NCBI GenBank assembly: GCA_963675915.1
Contig: OY780959.1
Location: forward strand, 2,400,001-2,432,000
DNA length: 32,000 nt
Source: Coprobacillaceae bacterium
Lineage (GTDB): Bacteria > Bacillota_I > Bacilli_A > Erysipelotrichales > Coprobacillaceae
Direction of reading: 5' to 3'
Part shown: in pieces, positions 26,562 to 32,000 of the stretch
Numbering within the stretch: the stretch's first letter is position 1
Layout of the letters: each line of letters starts with the position of its first letter
Notes under the pieces: generated by a model
Seen by the model: only the letters and a program-made list of their open reading frames with translations
Database searches by the model: none
What the model was told of the DNA's origin: nothing
Program-made: the position numbers and the translations under genes

Positions 26562-28583
26562 ATGATGATAAGTAAAAAATTATTGGTTGTTGGCGGCGGA
26601 CAAACCGGTTTGTCGTTCCAAGGCCTGGATATAAATCAAAAATACGAAATAATCAACTGTGCTGATGGACTAAAAACTTTGGAGATGATCAGCCAGAATC
26701 ATGGCGATATCGCCGGAATCATGTTGGATTATTCAAATAATGAATATTGTTGTGACCAAATTGCCACCGCCTTGGATGGCGATGAATATAGAAGCATTCC
26801 GGTTTTTGTGATTGCAAGTCAAAGCTCCAGCCAACGCTGTTTGAATAAGCTGGGTCATCGGGCGGTTGCCGTTTTCGATGAAAGCACCGATCTTGGGGCT
26901 GTCGAACAGCGGATTGTCAATACGATTGAAACAATCGAAAATGCCTGCATCAGAATCGGCAGGGAAACTGATAATTTGACTTGTCTATACAATCGTAAGA
27001 CATTCTATCAAAAAGTTACCTGGGTCTTGGAGAATTCCGGTCCGATCCAGTATGATATGGTTTTCGTCAATGTCCGAGGATTCAAGACCATCAACGATAT
27101 CTATGGCGTATATAAAGGTGATGATTTTTTGAAAACAATTGCCCTGAAAATGCGTGATTGGATTGTGAAAATTCAGGGTCTGTGCGCCAGGTTCAACTCG
27201 GACAATTTTTATGCCCTGATTCCCCGCCAGGATGGAAATATCGAAGCATTTGTCAATGACCTCGAGAGACATCTTGAGGAGTTGAAACTCCATCATAAAA
27301 TAAGTTTCAACTATGGGATCTATCAGATCGATGATTCGAGTCTGCATGTCCAGAAAATGTGTGACTTCGCAGTAGCGGCAGCTAAAATATCATATTGTGA
27401 TTTTGAGCGTTCAGTAGCCTACTATGACCAGGAAACCAAAGAACGGATGCAAGAAGAAATGCTGCTGGTCGAAGAGTTTGAAAAATCATTGATTGAATCG
27501 AATTTCGATGTTTATTACCAGACCAAATATGATTTGTTTGACGAAACAATTGTCGGTGCTGAAGCTCTGGTACGCTGGCGTCATCCGCAACTAGGGATGA
27601 TTACGCCGCAAAAATTCATTCCCCTTTTCGAGCGGAATGGATTCATCTCCCGTCTTGATTTTCATATCTGGGATAAGGTTGGAAAATTTATCAGGGACTG
27701 GATTGATTCGGGTAATCAGCCTTTTCCGATTTCAGTAAATATTTCCCGGGTTGATTTTCTGTGCGGGGATTTGGTGGAACGACTTGAAAATATCCTCAAT
27801 AAATATGACCTCCCTTGTGAATTGCTGCATTTGGAAATAACCGAGACCTTCGGGGAAATCGATCCGGAATTGCTTGCTGGGGTGGTTACGCGGTTGAAAC
27901 AGCGGGGATTCTTGATTGAGATTGATGATTTTGGCAGCGGCTATTCATCGCTCAATATGATCGAGGAAATTCCGGCCGATATTTTGAAATTGGATATGCG
28001 CTTCCTTCTAAAAAAGAAGACAATCGATACGACAGTCGCTTTTGTGGTCGATCTGGCCCGCTCTTTGAAAATGAAGGTGGTGGCTGAAGGGGTTGAAACC
28101 TTGGAAGAGCTGGAAATACTGAAAGATATCGGATGTGAATATGGACAGGGGTTCTACTTCACCAAGCCCCTCCCCCAGGAAGAATTCGTCGAACTGATGA
28201 AAGTTTCAATCAGCAAGGGTGGTTCCAAAAATCAGGTTCTTTATAAAAACAAACGGATCAATGACTGCCGCTACAATTCGATTCCTTATGGGATTATCGA
28301 ATTCAAAGGCGCCGATCTTGATTTGAACTATATCAACAAAAAAGCCTGTGAGATAATCGGCGACGGTAATTTCGAGTCGTCTATCAGCCGGATTTCCAAA
28401 ATTGAGGATTTGATTATTTCCGATAATCTTGAGAAAATCCATGAGACCATGGCAACTAAAAAGTACTGGGCCGGTGAAATTGAAATAATAACTTCAACCA
28501 ATGACAAAAGGACCTGTCATTCGACCATCCACAAAATTATCGAAAACAGTGAAGTCCTTACTCATGTCATCCTGATTGCCTGA
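26562..28583 (+). CDS. Cyclic-di-GMP phosphodiesterase: receiver-like N-terminus, degenerate GGDEF, intact EAL, C-terminal PAS
   Basis: ORF 26502-28583. Preferred start is ATG 26562 after GGAGAAAG. The GGDEF position reads NSDNF (27195-27209). EAL motifs are intact: EALVRW (27561-), NIS, EITE, DDFGSGYSSL, KLD, EGVET, GQGF. The C-terminal 100 aa look PAS-like. Confidence 0.85.
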   Translation: MMISKKLLVVGGGQTGLSFQGLDINQKYEIINCADGLKTLEMISQNHGDIAGIMLDYSNNEYCCDQIATALDGDEYRSIPVFVIASQSSSQRCLNKLGHRAVAVFDESTDLGAVEQRIVNTIETIENACIRIGRETDNLTCLYNRKTFYQKVTWVLENSGPIQYDMVFVNVRGFKTINDIYGVYKGDDFLKTIALKMRDWIVKIQGLCARFNSDNFYALIPRQDGNIEAFVNDLERHLEELKLHHKISFNYGIYQIDDSSLHVQKMCDFAVAAAKISYCDFERSVAYYDQETKERMQEEMLLVEEFEKSLIESNFDVYYQTKYDLFDETIVGAEALVRWRHPQLGMITPQKFIPLFERNGFISRLDFHIWDKVGKFIRDWIDSGNQPFPISVNISRVDFLCGDLVERLENILNKYDLPCELLHLEITETFGEIDPELLAGVVTRLKQRGFLIEIDDFGSGYSSLNMIEEIPADILKLDMRFLLKKKTIDTTVAFVVDLARSLKMKVVAEGVETLEELEILKDIGCEYGQGFYFTKPLPQEEFVELMKVSISKGGSKNQVLYKNKRINDCRYNSIPYGIIEFKGADLDLNYINKKACEIIGDGNFESSISRISKIEDLIISDNLEKIHETMATKKYWAGEIEIITSTNDKRTCHSTIHKIIENSEVLTHVILIA

Positions 28584-28772
28584 AAATCCTGATTTTGGGG
28601 TTTGATAAACCACTTTGTTTGGTGGTTTGCCATAAAAGTGATAATATGAGTGTAGGAATCCCGTGAAATAATTATTTAATGTTTTGCAATTCTGGTTATT
28701 TGGTGTATTATCAGTTAGAGTGGTTTTTCACAAAATGATAATATTTGCGATAATATGAAAAGGAGAATTGTT

Positions 28773-29519
28773 ATGGAAGGGTATGTGCATTCAATCGAAT
28801 CGTGCGGTACTGTTGACGGTCCGGGGCTGCGTCTGGTGGTTTTTTTACAAGGATGTCCAATGAGATGTCTTTACTGCCATAATCCGGATACTTGGCAAGT
28901 AAATACCGGAATGAAAATGTCGATTGACGACATTTTGAATGAATATGATAAAAAGAAGAATTTTTATACCAATGGGGGGATAACTCTTACCGGAGGCGAA
29001 CCTCTGTTGCAAATGGATTTTGTAACCGAATTGTTCAAAGTCTGTCATGAAAAGGGGATTCATACTTGTCTGGATACATCGGGAGTTACTTTCAATCCTG
29101 AAAATACCGAAAAATTCGATGAATTGATGAAATATACTTCTTTGGTGATGCTTGATATCAAGCATATCGATCCTGAGGAACATGTCAAACTTACAAAAAA
29201 GAAAAACGACAACATCCTGGCTTTTGCCAAATATTTGTCGGACAAGGAAATACCGGTCTGGATCCGTCATGTGGTGGTACCGGGGATTACTCAAAACGAT
29301 GAGTATTTGTTCAAATTGGGCGAATTCATCGGTGGTTTGAAAAATGTCAAGGCACTTGATGTCCTGCCTTACCATGTCATGGGAGTAAACAAGTACGAAT
29401 CAATGGGACTTGAATATCCTTTGGAAGGCGTTGAACCTTTGGCAACGGCTGATGCCGTCAAAGCTCGTAATGTCATAATCCAGGGAATGAAAGCGACAAG
29501 AAAAAAGGCAATTAGCTAG
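28773..29519 (+). CDS. pflA: Pyruvate formate-lyase (glycyl-radical enzyme) activating enzyme, radical SAM
   Basis: ORF 28755-29519. Preferred start is ATG 28773 after AGGAG. GTVDGPGLRLVVFLQGCPMRCLYCHNPDTW is the PflA N-terminal CxxxCxxC signature. Length of about 248 aa, with no ferredoxin insert. Confidence 0.88.
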   Translation: MEGYVHSIESCGTVDGPGLRLVVFLQGCPMRCLYCHNPDTWQVNTGMKMSIDDILNEYDKKKNFYTNGGITLTGGEPLLQMDFVTELFKVCHEKGIHTCLDTSGVTFNPENTEKFDELMKYTSLVMLDIKHIDPEEHVKLTKKKNDNILAFAKYLSDKEIPVWIRHVVVPGITQNDEYLFKLGEFIGGLKNVKALDVLPYHVMGVNKYESMGLEYPLEGVEPLATADAVKARNVIIQGMKATRKKAIS

Positions 29520-29535
29520 ACTGATTGCTTTTTTT
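29507..29535 (+). terminator. Weak rho-independent terminator
   Basis: GCAAT (29508-29512) pairs with ATTGC (29524-29528), followed by T7. The stem is short and overlaps the pflA stop. Confidence 0.4.
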
Positions 29536-29588
29536 GTTGAAATGGCAAACTATTAACCTTATAATTTAAGCGATTGGAGCACTAGACT

Positions 29589-30689
29589 ATGAAGATAAAA
29601 ATATTTACATATGCTGTTGAGGATTTCCTTTTCTTCGAGCAGGAACTGAATCAACTGTCCCAAGCGGGATACAATCCGGAAACCGTGGGCCGGATAACTT
29701 TTTTCAAAAAAAGCGAACGCAAGTATTATCATGTTTCGCCTTTTTTGCCGACTGCGACCAAACGCAAAGAAATTGCCCGGGAAAAAATCGACTGGATCAA
29801 CAATCTGGTTGAAGAAGGGTTCGAATACGTTGGCAAGATGAGTGGAATGTATGTCTTTGCCAGCGATGAATATCTGGAAAAGAAACTGCGTTATGACCAT
29901 TTGGGCGAATATTTTCAAAAAGGACAAGTATTCAAGCGGATCATGTCCGCTGTGGTTACTTTGATTTTGGGAGTACTTTTATCACTGGCGATTTACCGGG
30001 GGGAAGTAAGTCAATACTACACCAACGGAAGAATATTTCTACGGGGTGTTTTGTATCTGACAGTTGCCGGAATCGTGTTTTATAATATAATCAATCTCAA
30101 ACTGGCCCTGGGTCTGGCCAAGCGGCTTGATAACCGCGAAGAGAATCTGATTTTGAATGAACACCGACTTTTTTCGGTGTTGCGAAAAGTGATTATCGTC
30201 TCATTGCCGGTCCTGTTTGGCATTGGGCTGTTTTGGGATAACTATGACAATGACCGCTACCTTGATGATTATGACCAGATTTTCACAATAACCGATCTGG
30301 TGGCCGGAAGTGAAATCGTTGATGAACAGTATACGACCAATCATTCATATCTGATTCCGTATTCGTATTCGCTTTATCAGCAAGCCGGCGAGGTCAATTA
30401 TGACCAGGGCGAAATAGGGGATATTCTCAAGGTTAATTATTATCGCTTCAGTGATGTTTCGTTGCAAAAGCGGATCTTCTCATCATATCTGGTTCTCGAG
30501 GATGAAAACCTCAGTTCGATGGAGGAGATTGAGTCGGGAGTATTCCTGGGATATGATCGGAATCTTGGTTTTGCTTCGAATCTCTATATCAATCGCGAGG
30601 ATGTCTGTGTGATTGTCTACACCAATTTCGACCTCGAACAAAACGACCGAATTGAAACCATAATGGCCGAATATCTTGTTTTAAACTAG
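29589..30689 (+). CDS. DUF2812-domain membrane protein
   Basis: 366 aa. The N-terminal FEQELNQLSQAGYNPETVGR resembles DUF2812. Two or three central TM helices are followed by an extracytoplasmic C-terminal domain. Confidence 0.55.
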   Translation: MKIKIFTYAVEDFLFFEQELNQLSQAGYNPETVGRITFFKKSERKYYHVSPFLPTATKRKEIAREKIDWINNLVEEGFEYVGKMSGMYVFASDEYLEKKLRYDHLGEYFQKGQVFKRIMSAVVTLILGVLLSLAIYRGEVSQYYTNGRIFLRGVLYLTVAGIVFYNIINLKLALGLAKRLDNREENLILNEHRLFSVLRKVIIVSLPVLFGIGLFWDNYDNDRYLDDYDQIFTITDLVAGSEIVDEQYTTNHSYLIPYSYSLYQQAGEVNYDQGEIGDILKVNYYRFSDVSLQKRIFSSYLVLEDENLSSMEEIESGVFLGYDRNLGFASNLYINREDVCVIVYTNFDLEQNDRIETIMAEYLVLN

Positions 30690-30722
30690 CAGTCAAGCTA
30701 TAATAAGGCTGAGGTGAAGAAA

Positions 30723-30911
30723 ATGAATAAGAAAATATACCGTTCAAGAAGAGACCGTATTTTTGCGGGAGTGTGCGGAGGCCTTGGTGAGTACTTTGAA
30801 ATCGATTCTTCCATTGTCAGAATTCTGTGGGTAGTCTTCACACTGGCAGGGGGATCGGGATTGTTGGCTTACATTATCTGTGCACTGATAATTCCTGAAA
30901 GTCCGTATTAA
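30723..30911 (+). CDS. PspC-domain small membrane protein
   Basis: ORF 30714-30911. Preferred start is ATG 30723 after GAGGTG. YRSRRDRIFAGVCGGLGEYFEIDSSIVRILWVV is the PspC-domain signature. Confidence 0.8.
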   Translation: MNKKIYRSRRDRIFAGVCGGLGEYFEIDSSIVRILWVVFTLAGGSGLLAYIICALIIPESPY

Positions 30912-30940
30912 AAAGGGAGAGGCTCAGCCTCTCCTTTTTT
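30911..30940. terminator. Bidirectional rho-independent terminator
   Basis: AAAA-GGGAGAGGC, loop tca, GCCTCTCC-TTTTTT. It lies between convergent genes. Confidence 0.85.
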
Positions 30941-31847
30941 AGTCTTTAGGTTTTGGTACTATGATAGTCAGTTTTTCTTTAAGGGCTTCAATCCTGATTG
31001 GCAGGTTGGGGCCTTTTTCGCCATCGACATCGACAGTGACATCACGGATGTCACTGGTTATTTCAATGACTGTTCCCTGGTGGTATTCAACTTTCGGGGT
31101 GTTGACGTGATTTCCCAGGAGCAATTCAGTTGTTATTTGGACCAGCTCGACAGCGTTGCAGTTTTTAAGAATCTGCAAATCGAGTTTGCCGTCCTGGATT
31201 GAAGCGTAGGGCACCAGGCGGTTGAATCCGCCAATATGTTTTGAATTGGCAATCAGGAACATTCTGGCATCAACTTTGAATTCTTCGCCATCGACTTTGA
31301 CAATCAGGGGAATCAGTCTAGTCAGATGATCCTGAAGATTGGAAATGGCATTGAGCCCGTATGAAAGAGGGCCGAGGCGTTTCTTGTCGCTTGGTGAAGT
31401 AACATAAGAGACGTCGGAGAACATGCCCCCGGCAACAACATTGATGAAGTGGTGGCCGTTGATTGAACCGATATCCGACTTGATCGTATAGAAATCTTCA
31501 ATCATTTCCACTATCTTTGTAGCGCTTCGGGGAATCTTGACAAATGATGCAAAATCATTGACTGTCCCGGCTCCCAGAATAACAAGAGGCAACTCGATAT
31601 CATGTCGGGCGATGTAATCGACAACGTGATTGATGGTACCATCGCCACCCACAGCGATGATGAAATCAAATTTGGTGATCTTATAGAGGTCAACCAGCTC
31701 ATCAAGAGTTTTGTCTTTTTCGGTATAGACGACTTCTACGCGGTTGATGAACTTATCCAGGATCAATCTTCCGATGATGTCATTAAGACTTTTTTGGATG
31801 ATTTGTTGTCCGGAATTGGGATTGACGATCAAAAATGCGGATTTCAT
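30939..31847 (-). CDS. Diacylglycerol-kinase-family lipid kinase (YegS/DgkB-like)
   Basis: ORF 30939-31952. Preferred start is ATG 31847 ([13 protein letters not shown]). The [12 protein letters not shown] catalytic motif is present. The start overlaps the upstream stop as ATGA. Confidence 0.8.
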   Translation of the reverse strand: MKSAFLIVNPNSGQQIIQKSLNDIIGRLILDKFINRVEVVYTEKDKTLDELVDLYKITKFDFIIAVGGDGTINHVVDYIARHDIELPLVILGAGTVNDFASFVKIPRSATKIVEMIEDFYTIKSDIGSINGHHFINVVAGGMFSDVSYVTSPSDKKRLGPLSYGLNAISNLQDHLTRLIPLIVKVDGEEFKVDARMFLIANSKHIGGFNRLVPYASIQDGKLDLQILKNCNAVELVQITTELLLGNHVNTPKVEYHQGTVIEITSDIRDVTVDVDGEKGPNLPIRIEALKEKLTIIVPKPKD

Positions 31848-32000
31848 GATACCAATGCAACCAACAGTTTGACTTGCTGTTCCATCTGGGTTAATGAAAC
31901 AAATTCGAATGGTCCATGTGCATTGCCACCACCGGTACCCAGGTTGGGACATGGCAGTCCCATATAGGTCAGCCGGGCTCCGTCGGTACCGCCGCGGATT
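31844..32000 (-). CDS. pepT: Peptidase T (M20 tripeptide aminopeptidase), 3' end only, truncated by the window edge
   Basis: Minus-strand frame reads [51 protein letters not shown]. This matches the conserved PepT C-terminus (IRGGTDG..L...GLPCPN...GG.N.HG..EF). It is absent from the ORF track because it is partial. Confidence 0.7.
   Translation of the reverse strand, partial: IRGGTDGARLTYMGLPCPNLGTGGGNAHGPFEFVSLTQMEQQVKLLVALVS

Noticed and set aside
28736-28758. Tandem GATAATAT repeats (TGATAATATTTGCGATAATATGA) upstream of pflA, considered as a Fur-box-like or Rex/FNR site.
   Set aside because: The repeats are direct, not the 7-1-7 inverted Fur arrangement. Only a half Rex-like TTCACAA is present nearby. 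The motifs are equally well read as overlapping -10 or extended -10 elements in AT-rich DNA.

Overview
The window looks like a chromosomal segment of a low-GC Gram-positive bacterium (Bacillota). This is inferred from strong AGGAGG-type ribosome-binding sites, a T-box leader, PTS and ECF transporters, and rho-independent terminators after most operons. I cannot name the species from sequence alone.

Gene content, left to right:
- Cellobiose-type PTS operon (EIIB, EIIC, EIIA) plus a GH1 6-phospho-beta-glucosidase.
- Butanol-dehydrogenase-like Fe-ADH behind a 19-bp-spacer promoter.
- Trp-specific T-box leader controlling a YkvI-like permease and a glycerol-dehydrogenase-like enzyme.
- DUF3237 gene and an AlaX-like gene, now separated by a 1673-bp IS6-family insertion with an 8-bp target duplication.
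- Aldo/keto reductase with an Fe-S domain, then a macro-domain protein.
- RpiR regulator, a second GH1 enzyme and an EamA permease.
- GyrI-like protein and an SDR.
- CsoR/RcnR-family repressor followed by an ECF-type CbiM(PDGLE)-CbiQ-CbiO metal importer.
- TetR regulator, a decayed IS110-like transposase, then a DUF2798 gene.
- amtB-glnK, DUF1294, and a small hypothetical gene.
- Degenerate-GGDEF/EAL/PAS protein.
- pflA, DUF2812, PspC-domain protein, a DAG-kinase-family lipid kinase, and the 3' end of pepT.

I found no rRNA, tRNA, CRISPR array, prophage block or recognisable defence island, and no convincing new multi-gene system.

The observations most worth following up:
1. The Trp T-box operon pairs a permease with a dehydrogenase.
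2. One GH1 enzyme has Gln in place of the catalytic acid/base Glu, as plant myrosinases do.
3. A CsoR/RcnR/InrS-type sensor sits directly upstream of a metal importer.
4. The IS6 insertion cuts an operon just upstream of a Shine-Dalgarno site.
5. A MerR-style promoter precedes a redox enzyme, with no cognate regulator in the window.

All family assignments come from reading motifs in the translations by eye. No database search was run.
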